Of a DNA stretch of 64,000 nucleotides, positions 34,896 to 64,000 are shown in pieces. Position 1 is the first letter of the stretch; each line of letters starts with the position of its first letter. The stretch covers positions 7,078,830 through 7,142,829 of the forward strand of contig CAVNZM010000008.1 of assembly GCA_963693365.1 (NCBI GenBank). Direction: 5' to 3'. The stretch comes from Amoebidium appalachense (Eukaryota > Protista > Ichthyosporea). Made by a program: the position numbers and the translations under genes. The notes beneath the pieces are model-generated. The model was not told the DNA's origin, searched no databases, and saw nothing but the letters and a program-made list of their open reading frames with translations.

Positions 34896-35010
34896 GCCAA
34901 CACACCCACATACATGCTCGCCAGACTTGGTCAAGATCTTTGCACATTTCGAATCCATTGCAACACATGCAAGAATTAGCATCATCATCCAGACATGTAG
35001 ATATTACTGC
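33660..35010 (-). CDS. Possible small multi-exon gene of unknown function (weak F-box-like and Cys/His-rich segments)
   Basis: Non-repetitive blocks between microsatellite tracts with plausible GT/AG ends: ...TCLDDDANSCMCCNGFEMCKDLDQVWRA|LFRLSRKRCH...FNCHICSTRSSYKTTWAHWQTH. The reading frame and extent are not secure. Confidence 0.25.
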
Positions 35011-35791
35011 TTACTCTATGTGGCCCTTAATGTACATTACTGGTTGGTTCTATTTAATAAATTTTTGGGCCCCCCGGCTCCAAAGTCGTTGCAAATGACC
35101 GTCTGTGTTACTGATGCATGTTGAGTGGCAGAGTAGTCTCCAAGGCTATGTACCCGCCGGCTTACGTAAGTGGCCGGGCCCGGCCTTACTACGCTGCGGG
35201 ACGGCGACATACAAGGTATGCTAGAGAGCCGCAGGGTGACAGCACTTAAAGTGGCTAGTGGCAGAGGCCCCTACGGTAGCTCACGAGTCACGATTTGTGA
35301 CCTAGACTCGCACGATACGAATATCATAATAACCTTAGGCTAATGAGTAACTGTTGCAGACGATAGGACAAATATATGTCATTCATTCTGTAACTATGTA
35401 TGCAACGGATAACTGTATCCTAGTGACCACTATGCTAAGAGACTCTGCAGCATTGTACTAACAAAAACATTTAACATCTACAATCACTGAACTGCCTCAC
35501 AGCCACACTGCAAAAATGACGAAACATGACGGTATGCATTCGTGACTCAACCCTCAACCTCCCCTGGCTACATTCTAAATAGACATTCGCAGTCAGTAAG
35601 TTTGCACTTGAATTCATGAAATTCTTTTCGCAATGCCACAAAACATACAAGCACTCCACATTTTTCAACGGGTTAAGCTCACCTAATCAAGGTCCCCCCT
35701 CCCCCCCCCCCCCCCCCCTCCCCCCCTCCCCCCCCCTTCCTCCCCCCCCCCTCCCCCCCTTCCCCCCCCTTCCTTCGCTAGCCCCATTGCT

Positions 35792-36231
35792 CTACGATAC
35801 TGTGCATTCCTTGCCTCGGCTTTTCACTCCGTGATTCGACGCCACCACAAATGCAGAAATGGACCCCAGCAGGTACCCCCACACACATTCCTCCTCCCGG
35901 CTTAAACCCCCCCACACGTGATTTTTCAGAGTCTCCACAAAACACTGTTGGAAGTGCGTGTTCATTCCTGGTGCCAGCCCCAGTCTGGAGTGCAGCCGAC
36001 CAATCACCCAAAGCTGTGCAGCTGAAAAAAAAAAGGGAGGGGACGGGGGGGAAGGGCAGGGGAAGGGGGGGGGGGAGGGGGAGGTGGGTAGGACGGGACG
36101 GGTGTGAGTTAACTGCATGTACACTACACAGAACAAGCTATATGTGGCTTGAAATGATTCGAGTGCACACAGCCAAATGGGGGGATTTGACTAGAGCCCG
36201 TTATTCGTGGTGGAGAGAGGGATTTGAGGGC

Positions 36232-36269
<38 letters not shown>

Positions 36270-37374
36270 GGGGGGGGGGCCAGTATTTGGGACACACTTG
36301 TGGTTTTCGTGTGTGTGCGTGCGCGCGCGAGCCCGTGTGTGTGTGTGTGTGTGTACATGCATAGTTGTTGTTGAATAAATGGGGGGGGGGGGGGGGGGGG
36401 ACGAGGGGGTGGGGAGAGAGGAAGCGGGTTTGTGTGTGTGTGGTTGTGTTGCTCCGGGGGGGGGGGGGGGGGGGGGGGGGGAGGGTAGTTTGGGGGTTAG
36501 GGGTTTAGGGGGGGGGGGGGGGGGGGGGGGGGGTCAGTACCCAGCTTCTCTGGCTGGTCAACGACTCTCAACAGCTCTGCCGTAGCCGTGTGAAGTTGGG
36601 AATGGGGGGGTTCCGGCTGCTGTGATTTTTATCGTTAGATATTCAACTATGGCTGCATGATAATATGCTGTGGTGGTGAGATACACAAGATTACAGGTTT
36701 TGATGGAGGGATAGTAGCAAAGATATGCGGAAAGCGGAAGGTTATTGGCGAGATGTACCGAAATACAGGTATTATTTAGTAGTGCTGACATAGGAGCCAA
36801 GGTATAGGGAGTGGAAATCACTGGATGGATCAAAGGAATGTAGGAGGAGAAGGTGGGGGGGGGGGGGGGGGAGGGGGGAGGGGGAGGGGGGAGTGGGGGG
36901 AGGGGGGAGGGGGGCACTGGCTCAGGGCAGGGTGACATGCCACAGAGGAGACGGCAGGGAGGGCGGGGTCTATCACCAACCTGAAAAAGTGGTTTTGCCT
37001 CAGGCATTGCACCGAAAAATGATCTGTAGAAATCAGCCAGGAAATGGGTGTGGGCCACCTCCGCCCATGTCTTCAGCATACGAGGTTGGTGTGGGCCCAC
37101 CCTGTCTGCTATAAATAGCGCCACCCGCTTGGGGTCGGTTGCGTATTTGCCCATTTCAATCTGCAGCATGTCGCTAGCCTGTGAGTGCCAAATACAAATT
37201 TAAGCCATCAATGGTTTATGTTATTTTTTATTACTAGTTACCTCACATGTGCTTGTTGGGCGCAGAGCCGAGGAAGGAGTTCTAAATATAGCTATGGGTG
37301 GTAGTATCTATGATGGCTAGGGCCCCGTATCATGGGAGGACTGCAAAGGGGAGGAGAGGGAAGAGAAGGCGGGT

Positions 37375-37405
<31 letters not shown>

Positions 37406-37929
37406 CGCAAGGAACTTCGGGTTGTGATGGTTGGCCTATAAGAAGGAGCATGCAAATTAGAACGGGCCTAGCACTCTTTGCCTGTCGGGGAGAGCGGGGT
37501 GAGATGGTGGGGGGGGGGGGGGGAGGGAGGGAGGGGGGAGGGAGAGTAGGTGCATCTCTCACCATGTGGTAGAACACGTGCCATGCCTCAGCTATCTCCG
37601 GGGTCCACCCAAAGCACAACCTCTCTCTCAGGCCCATCACCAGGGCCGTGCCCAGATGAGTGAACATGCCTGGGGTCACCCCCATGCACACGTGGGTGCC
37701 TGCCAGGTTGGCTAGGGCATCCCTCAGACGGTTTGGGTTATCGAGGCAACTGAGTAGAAGCCCAATGGCTCGGGCCAGTTTGACGCACATGCTGACACGT
37801 GTGCATGCAATGAGCTTGGCCTGTGTGTGTTCAAGTGTTGGGGTGGGTGGTTTGATGGTGGTCCTGGATGGTGGTGGTGGTGGTCGGTGGTTGGGGGGGG
37901 AGGTGGGGGGGGGGGGAGGTGGGGAGGGG

Positions 37930-37960
<31 letters not shown>

Positions 37961-38048
37961 AGGGGGAGAGGCAGAGGGGGAGGGAGGGGAAAGGGAAAGG
38001 GGAAGGGGGAGGGTGCAGAAGGCTGGGAGAAGGAAGGGTTCAAGGGGG

Positions 38049-38083
<35 letters not shown>

Positions 38084-38272
38084 AGAAAAGGGGGAAAGAG
38101 GGAAGAACTCGGGGAGGGGGAGATGACGGAGGGGGGAGATGGGGGGCGGGGGAACGTTAGCGCTGAGTGGCATTTTTATCATATGGCAGGTGCTATGGTG
38201 GATCTAATAAAAGAGTCCAAGGTAGGAATTCTCGAATAGGTCTAAATCCAATGTTTTTAAAGTTTCTTCTTC

Positions 38273-38336
<64 letters not shown>

Positions 38337-38974
38337 AAGGGCATCCGTCACGTACCGTTTAAATTTGCACTACTTCACATTTTGAGGCTGAGCAAAAATA
38401 TCCCATAAGATTTTCTGGTTTGCACAAGGGCTCAACCGTCGTTCGGTCTGCCAGAGTCACGGGGCCCCCTCTAGCCTTCGGTGTTCTTCTTCTTTTCGCA
38501 GTAGCGGTTTAAGGTCCAAGTGAGAAATTGTTGCCAAGTGCAATGATTGCTTTTCAAATTGCCTATATACAGAAATGTTTCTTTTTTGGCATTGCCATAT
38601 AAGGTGTGCCATCGAAAATGGCCCCCCAATAGACCTTAATGCAGGCACACACAGTGCCTTACCTCAGGTGCCAGGGCAAACAGGTGGCTAAAAATAGCCT
38701 CAAACAGGTCCAGTGCTGGCGTCTGCGTGCCTTGCTGGGTCGTGCCCTGCTCACGTGACAGTGCCGCTTGCCACGTGCTACGTACCAGTGCCTTCTGACC
38801 ATCGCTCAGTTTCTTGCTTTGTGCACGTGCCGATCGAGCCGAACCGGAAAAACTACTAGCACTGTTACTCAGAGAATAATGACGGGAGAGTAGCTGGTTC
38901 TTGGGGCTGAAGGTTGGGGAAATGACGGTGTCGGTGGATGCGGCAAGGCAGGCAGGCAGAGAGGCCACAGACAT
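35792..38974 (-). CDS. Tandem two-domain globin with C-terminal CaaX motif and low-complexity N-terminal extension
   Basis: Exons in transcript order: >=38974-38663, 37820-37563, 37178-36981, 36619-36541, 36021-35792, with compatible phases. Domain 1: LSDGQKALVRSTW...FEAIFSHLFALAPE|...KLARAIGLLLSCLDNPNRLRDALANLAGTHVCMGVTPGMFTHLGTALVMGLRERLCFGWTPEIAEAWHVFY. Domain 2: MLKTWAEV...DFYRSFFGAMPEAKPLFQ|QPEPPHSQLHTATAELLRVVDQPEKL|AAQLWVIGRLHSRLGLAPGMNTHFQQCFVETLK...EEECVWGYLL...KECTVS*. The N-terminus may extend to ~39380 across a homopolymer frameshift near 39090. Confidence 0.88.
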
Positions 38975-41009
38975 CCGGGCAATGTTGGGCGGTGACCCGG
39001 GCAGGCTGAATTGGGGAAGAAGCCGACGTTTAGGAGTTTTTTGTTGGGTGGGTGGCAGGGAAAGTGTGGTCGTGTTGGTGACACGTGTGGGGGGCCCCTT
39101 TGAATGTGAATATTCGCAAGGGGGGTGTCACTGCGGCGAGGTGCCTGGGGATGGCGGGGCACATTGCCCCGATACCGTGCAAGTCAATTTTGTCTATGCT
39201 CTCAGTCATGACGTGGTCTGTGTCCACTGCTACCACGGAGCATTCGGGAGGGTAGGGGGTGCCGGGGTGTTCAAGTTGGGTCTTGTGTTGCTGTGGGTGG
39301 GTGGGTGCTTCAAGATGCACACAGTGAGCGGCTAGTGGCCGAGTGCCTAGGAGCATGTCACAGTGGCATGCCATCATGTATACCGACTGGTGACCTACCG
39401 AGTGTTGCAAGTTTGAGTGTTCGCGGGCTCGCAGTTTATAATAATCAGACTTCTGACTCGGACTGACTGAGCTCGAGACTGAGTAATGATCTCTGTCGGT
39501 TAAGTCCCGGAAAACTAGTATGGCACAAAACAAAAAGTTATTTTCACACGAGGTTGCACTCTGTCACACTCGAGCTCTCCAAGTATTGGGAATCATTCTG
39601 CACAGTACGCCACACCAAGCCAAACACATCACTGTGACTGGAAGCACAAAGACTGCTCTTCTACACATTCATGATCACAGGGTACGTATGTATCCAGGGG
39701 TTACCCTGCAGTGCACGTGTATATGCCAGTATCCTGCAAATATTGAGAAAGAAAGAGCCTCGACTGCCAGGCCTGGCACCATAATAACAAACCAATACTG
39801 AATTTCTTGAACAGTTGTTATCAACATGTATTACTAGTGGTAACTATTACGTGGTTGCACGCGTCGTCCGCCGGACAGAGTCCAGAATGCCTTGCAGCCC
39901 CACCGTGGCTGCCTTCTTTGAAGGGTCTTCGGGCAGTGTTTTATTGCACGGGGCCAGGCACCTTCGGCCTGATAACTGATCTCAATGATTGCTGAACGAG
40001 TCAACTTGTGTCAGCCGTGTGGCGCGGACCAGCGGCCGAACGTTCGGCTTTTTATGTTGAACAAATGGTTATTGGTGACGTCAGTGAGCATAAGGAATTA
40101 TATAATGCTACATGTACATATGATGTATGACGATAATTGTGATAGTAATAAGTGATAATTATAATCCATAAGCATGATGACCGAAATGATATCTGGCAGG
40201 CCTGCAGTTACTGTACTGAAAGAGAGAAGGGTCAACTTACGGCATGCCCGTGCGCCAGTGGAGGCTCCCTGGACTCCGCCCGACTCCCTCGCTGAACAAC
40301 AGTGCGTGCAAAATTGGAAAGTGAGCGCGTGCAGTGAGAGAGGCCTGAGAAGTGAGGGCTGAGGGGCAGTGAGTGCGCGTTTCAAATTTTGTATGGTGAC
40401 AGGAGGCCTTGCAACGAGACCTGACCATGAGTTGCAATTGTGTGTGAGCTCGGGTACAAAGCCAGGCCCAGGCCCCATCTAGATCTATCATGATCTGCTG
40501 CAGGGCAGCACTAACGAATTGCATATGTTAGTATTTTTATCATTATTATTATTTTTGGAAAAAAACACACACATACAAACCAGTGGTAGCCATATCCTAG
40601 TATTGGTATGCACAATGTAGCCCCCACTAAAGTGCAGTAATTATAATGAACGTGTATCATGATTCACGCTGACACGTACTGACGGTGTCACACGCCATCT
40701 CAGACGCACTCAGTGCAGCCCGCCGCCTTTCTTCTTCGCAGCCTTCCTTCTTCGAATTCGCAGCAGTCACTTCGCGTACACAGATAAGCATTGTCATTAC
40801 TAGCGAGACATTTCTGCTGAGGTAGGAAGGAAAATAAGGCACCACCTCAGTAGGTGGTAGGGTTCACGAGGTTCACTGCCTCCGGCTGATCATGAGGCTC
40901 GAGGCCACGCCCTGTACCGGTACGGTACCGGGTAGGCTGTACCGGATCCCGCAGAGTGGGATCGCGGAGATAGATATCTAAGTGTAGTTATTGAGGCGAT
41001 TTTGCATAT

Positions 41010-41390
41010 TTAGGGCATCAGAGCTTTTACTAGCCCTTTATGCATTGCAAATTTGCAATACCATGGTCACTACATGTACAAGGTCTTATTCATGAGTGTA
41101 AACCTGCCTAGCTAAGGTGGGACGACTTCAGTTCTCTGAGAAGTTGTCTCTGGAATGTAACTGAATCCCTTGTCTCCAATAAAAGGGGTCGAAGGTCCAA
41201 AAAGCTGTCCAATCAGATACATCCTGACATGTAAGCCAATCAGGCGCATCTTTTTTATCATGAATCAAATTCCAATTGCTTTGAACAGATGACGCCATCA
41301 TGACGGTTCTTGGTGCCCAGGGTGTGAAATGTGAACTTACTTGATGGTCAGTGCCATTTTGGCACCTTCGCCCTGCCTCGATGGCCCTAA
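41010..41390. mobile_element. Possible old MITE
   Basis: Imperfect inverted ends TTAGGGCATCAGAG / CTCGATGGCCCTAA around unique AT-rich sequence. Confidence 0.3.
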
Positions 41391-41896
41391 GGCACCAACC
41401 GTTTTTAGGGGTGTTTTTCCTATATTGTTGGCTCAGCTCGAGCTCGGGTTACTGGTTGAAAAATAGTGGACCTGAATCCAGAACGTCAGCGACATTTTTC
41501 TGGCCTTTAGGGTTGGCCCTAAATTTGTAAATTCACGCGGCCTGCCCAAGTTGCTGCAGGATTGAAGTGAAAGAACTTCATAGAAAGGAAACAGAGCCCC
41601 GTTATATTTACAGCAGAGACCAGGAGTCGACTCGACTCCATGCATGTACATGACCAATGAATTAGGTGATAAAGCTACCTATAAAGTACGAGCTTGATTT
41701 GTTTTGTAATACTATTTAATAGAACGTTTAGCCCGCGTCATGACCGTCACACGGTATCTGACACAAAATAGAAACGATACTACTTCTTTAAGGCTATGCG
41801 ATTGGTTGATTTGACCAGATTCAAGGAGGCTAACAGCCGCTGATTGGCTGACTGACCGGCGCGCGCCGCGCGGATGAGCGGCGCCGCGGCGAGCCC

Positions 41897-42171
41897 CAGG
41901 GGTGTGGCAGAGCCTTGATGACTTGACTTGACTTATAGTTATAATTGGCAGCTGGAGCTTGTGACTTAACTTGACTTGGAGTCGCGACTTGAAAACCATC
42001 CGGGCCCTCAGTCCGTTCGAGTTTCCCCCCTACATACCCCCCCCCCCCCCCCTGGCCCCGCTCCTCCCCCAATTGCAAGTCACCTCCCAGTCACGCCTGA
42101 TGGCCTTTGACTCAAGTCAGGAGCTATCGTGACTTCAAGTCGCGATTCGGAGTCAAGTCGCCACACCCCTG
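41897..42171. mobile_element. hAT-like MITE
   Basis: TIRs CAGGGGTGTGGC / GCCACACCCCTG, with GACTTG subterminal repeats on the left and CAAGTC on the right. No clean 8-bp TSD. Confidence 0.7.
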
Positions 42172-43235
42172 GCGGCGGCTCATGAGTCATGATATATTGA
42201 GTATTAGCTAGCTCTGCGCCGGTCTAAATTTGCCCACCGCGCTATGTACAAGGCACTACAAAAACTTTTTATTAGGCACCCAAAGCCTGTTTACTAATAG
42301 GAAAAAGGCTTTAAGTTATTCCAATTTCTTTCGAATAGTGTGTTACCTCGATAGTAGCTCCAAGGCTAACATTGACTAACTGTGTAAGGCGCCGACATAT
42401 ATACATACGCCATAATTGATCATGATCATGAGCACATTGACTGCTATGCCGTTGACCAATAGGAACTCGCTAAAAAAATAGTACATTTCTACTATTTGTT
42501 CCTTTCCACCCCATAATGCGGGCAAGTAAAGTGTGCGTGCACCGCACATGTGGTTGGTGGTTACTATCATGATCAACCACCTGATGTCATTCATGTGCAG
42601 ACGGTGCACGGCGCACTACTGTTCTTCTTTACACACTATTTATTGTTCCACGGTGATCGATGGGGATCTGGGCTCTTCTGTCAATGGATATCAGGGCTAT
42701 GTACTGCCAAAATAGGAAGTGCCAACGAGATCGGGTGGTCGGACTCTGTGACTCAAAAATGACTCCTCAGTCCTCAGTGACCTCACTCACATGTTCGGCA
42801 GTGTTCACGGTCTATCTTCGAAAGTTCCAACACGCGCACAAAGTTGACTCACTGACTGGTCTAAGACCCGGTCTCCGGGAGGCCAGGGGAGGCAAACCGT
42901 GCACGCAACACTACCGAGACGGCGAGTCAGCAGACACGGCCCGGCCACCTGGGTCACTCATTCATGAAAATGTCTACATTTGGAAAATACTGGCAAGGCG
43001 CAGGGTTACGTACGTATAATATATATTGCAGGCTGTATGTATGTACGGACCATCCGTATGGACCAGAGCACAACTTTTTGTCTCAGGCAGTCCGAGTGGG
43101 CCCCTTCAACTTTTAGCAATCGATATCTACCATGATATGCATATGGCAGGGCTGGCCATGGGGATTGTTCATAGTGTGAAAGTAGCTAGGGGGTTAACGT
43201 TCGGTCGAGCCTCATGATCAGGGGCGGCCGGGTAT

Positions 43236-43274
<39 letters not shown>

Positions 43275-43289
43275 AGGCGGGGGGAGCCT

Positions 43290-43330
<41 letters not shown>

Positions 43331-43576
43331 CGGAGGGTCCGGAGGGTTGCAATTGTTGGCCCTTTCTCTCAGCGGCAAGCTTGGACAGGCGCCCGCTGTG
43401 TACATGTATGTATACGTACGTACAGCAGACCAAATCTACGTATAATAGGGTGGCCTGATGTTCCTACTATTTTTTTTTTTTTTTCCAAAGCCGAATGAAT
43501 GGCTGGGAAAAACTAGTACTTGATTCAAAGGGTGGGAGAGTTGGGGGGGGGGGGGGGGGGGGGGGGGGCAGGCCCG

Positions 43577-43654
<78 letters not shown>

Positions 43655-44195
43655 CACGCCCAAGCACTGGCTCAATCAGACCAGTGCAGTGAGGTGTACC
43701 TCGATCCTCATGCAATGGCACATTTCGGCCGTGCTGCAGTGATACTTGGGGTCCATATGATGTGACCCCCATTTTATTCTCATGGTATGCATGTTGATTA
43801 ACATGAAGCCTGTCTCCAATTTCCAATGTATCATAAATCTAAATATGGAAGCCCCCCACTGACGCTTGCAGCGTTTCATATAAAATGTAGTTAATCTTTC
43901 ATACAGGTATAATTCAACTTTCATTCATACTAGCGTGTTGCTCAAGCTGGGTCACTAACTCCAAACGAACCAGGCCATTATCAAGTAATCAGCTCGGCTA
44001 ATTCAAAACATGCAAGTGCAATCCTTTGCCCATCATACTACTAAGTATGCCCCCCCCCCCACCCCCCCCCTTTTCCCCCAAACACACGGATGTGTTTCTG
44101 GCTGGTAATATGCAAGTCCCTGCCTGCCTGTATGTGCACTGTACACGCGATTGAAAGATGTGTGTTATCTCTATTGAGAGAGGACGCCCGTGCGC

Positions 44196-44267
<72 letters not shown>

Positions 44268-44856
44268 GGCGTGTACGTGTGTGTGTGCGCGCACGTGGGC
44301 ATGTACGTGTGCATATGTGCATGTGCGTGTGCGTGAACACTTGCGCCTGTATTTCAAGCCAGTAACCCAAATGCAACGTAAGTATGCTAAGTCCTGATAA
44401 GTGCAGATAATGATCTAGCCACGCCACTACACCAGGCATGCACATACTGCCTGGATCTTGCAGCCTATGTCTTTGGCGCACACGGGAGACACGAGCACAC
44501 GTGGAGCTGAGCTGCAGCCGCACTGGGCTCATTGCTTCTCGGGCATTCCATCCCCGGTATCGGAGGACATCATCTTGCTGTGGTGGTGGGCGGTTGATAT
44601 GGGGGAGAGAGGGGGATATATATATGGAGGGAGAGGGAGGCCGGCAGGGGGGGGGGGGGGGGGGGGGGATTAGGGAGGGAGAGGGAGAGAAGAAAGGGAG
44701 AGAGGGAGGGAGAGAGAAAAAGGGTACGTGTGTGTGCAGTTTGTGTCGTGTTTGTGTACACGTGAGTACATGTATGTGTGTGTCTGGGCGTGTGCTGGTG
44801 CTTGTGCGTGCGGATGCCTGTGTGGTGAGTGTGATTGTAGGTGAGTGGGTGAGTAA

Positions 44857-45324
44857 GGGCGTGTTTGGCAGCCGAAAATAATCGTATTCGTGTCAATTTC
44901 GCGAAAAGACGAATAATCGTGTTCATAAAAATATTTTGTGGTATGCGTATTTAGGGGCAATGATACGATATGGCGTACCAAACACGCCTAAAGGAACACG
45001 CTCCCGCTTCGACATCGACACAATATCTTGATACGATACAGGAATGCGAAATATCATCATTTGTACGATTTCATTGGTAGTCGATCGACCAATCGTAAAT
45101 TAGAATGGCTTAAAGCGATCCGATTGGCTAAAAGTTATTTCGTGTTTTCGAAAATCACCTGCGGAGGTGATTTTCGAAAACACGATATAACTTCGATGTC
45201 CAACGTCTTGATCGTGTCCGGAAAGCTGTGGCCTGTTTGGCAGGACACATTTTCTGAATCGTGTCATTACGCGAAAAGACGAATACGATAAAGACACGAT
45301 ATAACTGCGCTGCCAAACACGCCC
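44857..45324. mobile_element. PIF/Harbinger (Tourist-like) MITE
   Basis: Perfect 16-bp TIRs GGGCGTGTTTGGCAGC / GCTGCCAAACACGCCC. Flanks are TAA and AAA, close to a TWA target. An internal extra TIR copy lies at ~44978-44988. No coding capacity. Confidence 0.8.
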
Positions 45325-46064
45325 AAAGTGACTGGGTGGGTGAGTGAGTGAGTGGGTGAGTGAGTTATCATTGAGTGAATGTGTACATGTGTGCATGTGT
45401 ACACATAGGTGTGTGTGTGTGCGCGCGCAAGTGTGTGTGTGTGTTTGTGTGGGAGGGGGAGGGAGGCCAAGGTTGGAAGGGAACGAAACATGTGTGCAAA
45501 GCCAGGGTGGGGTGCGGGAACGAAAGAACGAAGGGAAAGTGATGTGTAGGTCGCAACCATGCACTTGCTATGTAATCTTGTAATGTTGGAGGTAGAGAGA
45601 GGAAGTGAAGAGTGCATAGCATCAGTGTTGGACGGGAGTTAAGGTAAGCAGAGGTATAGCGGTTGCTTCAGGTGTATACATAGCATGCATACCTACACAG
45701 GAAGGCAGGCATGCAGGCATGCACACATGCACACCAGCACAAGCACACCCACACAGGCACACACAGGCACACACAGGCACACATCGCTATGCAGATCGCC
45801 CCGTCGTTCTTGACACATGCAACACATCCAGAAAAGCACATGACTAACACTAACTGACCCTCACCCATACGGATCGACATTGACACACAAAGATCTGACT
45901 CCCACATGCAAGAGTCACCTCGTGAATATTGGGATTTATCCTTGCACAGTCCACGGCAGCTTGCGCGCTCTCTCTCTCACCCGCTCTCTCTCTCTCGCTC
46001 TAATATATATATATCCCCCCCCCCCCCCCCCCCCCGCCCTTCTCTCTCTCACTCTCTTCTTCCC

Positions 46065-46101
<37 letters not shown>

Positions 46102-46229
46102 CCGCCCCCTTTTCTTTCTTCCCTCCCTCCCCCCCTCTGCCTCCGTCCCCCCCTCTCGCCGGCATCACCAACATAGAACCCATTAACCAACGAACCAATC
46201 ACATACCTCAACAGTCCGCTTTTCCTTGA

Positions 46230-63755
<17,526 letters not shown>

Positions 63756-63843
63756 GGTAGTGGCGGTGGTGATGGTGTTGGCGCCAGGGGTATTTGTGTG
63801 CAAGTTCTTTTTTGTGTGTGGGTTTATTTGGGGGAGTGGGGAA

Positions 63844-63876
<33 letters not shown>

Positions 63877-64000
63877 TGGGGGGGTAAGAAGGACCAAGAG
63901 TCTCGTTGGATTCGCACAGTACACTAGGGGCCATGGATATCTAAAGTTGCTGCTATCTTAGATGAAGGGGAAGAGAGGGTGGTGGAAAGGGAGTGTGGTA

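Noticed and set aside
35225-35282. Group II intron domain V-like GAGCCG...ACGG
   Set aside because: Wrong length and loop, and no other group II domains or RT nearby.
36100-36200. Alternative candidate for the globin domain-2 E-helix exon (has an in-frame TAG, which might hint at code reassignment)
   Set aside because: The 36541-36619 exon fits phase and globin pattern without stops, so there is no evidence for a non-standard code.
42254-42341. CACTA (En/Spm) element starting CACTACAAAAA
   Set aside because: Only 5 bp of a matching right end, and no 3-bp TSD.

Overview
Intron-rich eukaryotic DNA saturated with (C)n/(G)n, (CA)n/(GT)n and (GA)n tracts. Almost all ORFs in the supplied track are artefacts of these repeats. 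The species cannot be determined from the sequence, although a unicellular holozoan is plausible. Three spliced genes can be reconstructed by hand. (1) On the + strand, 14.4-33.4 kb: a ~24-exon Trithorax/KMT2(MLL)-like gene with the order RAMA - PHD - PHD - ePHD - FYRN/FYRC - WIN - SET - post-SET. The RAMA domain is a predicted N6-methyladenine reader, and the SET active site is atypical. (2) On the - strand, 35.8-39.4 kb: a tandem two-domain globin ending in a CaaX box (CTVS). (3) On the - strand, from ~46 kb to beyond 64 kb: a STAND-NTPase/TPR protein resembling the C-terminal part of soluble adenylyl cyclase. An intronic tRNA-Gly(GCC) sits inside the RAMA-coding region. Mobile DNA includes a 5'-truncated Penelope-like RT element inserted in a poly-C tract. 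A family of structured, poly-C-tailed short elements appears to represent its 3' end; all copies are sense to their host gene and often stacked head-to-tail. PIF/Harbinger-, hAT- and piggyBac-like MITEs are also present. Some homopolymer frameshifts in exons probably reflect assembly error.
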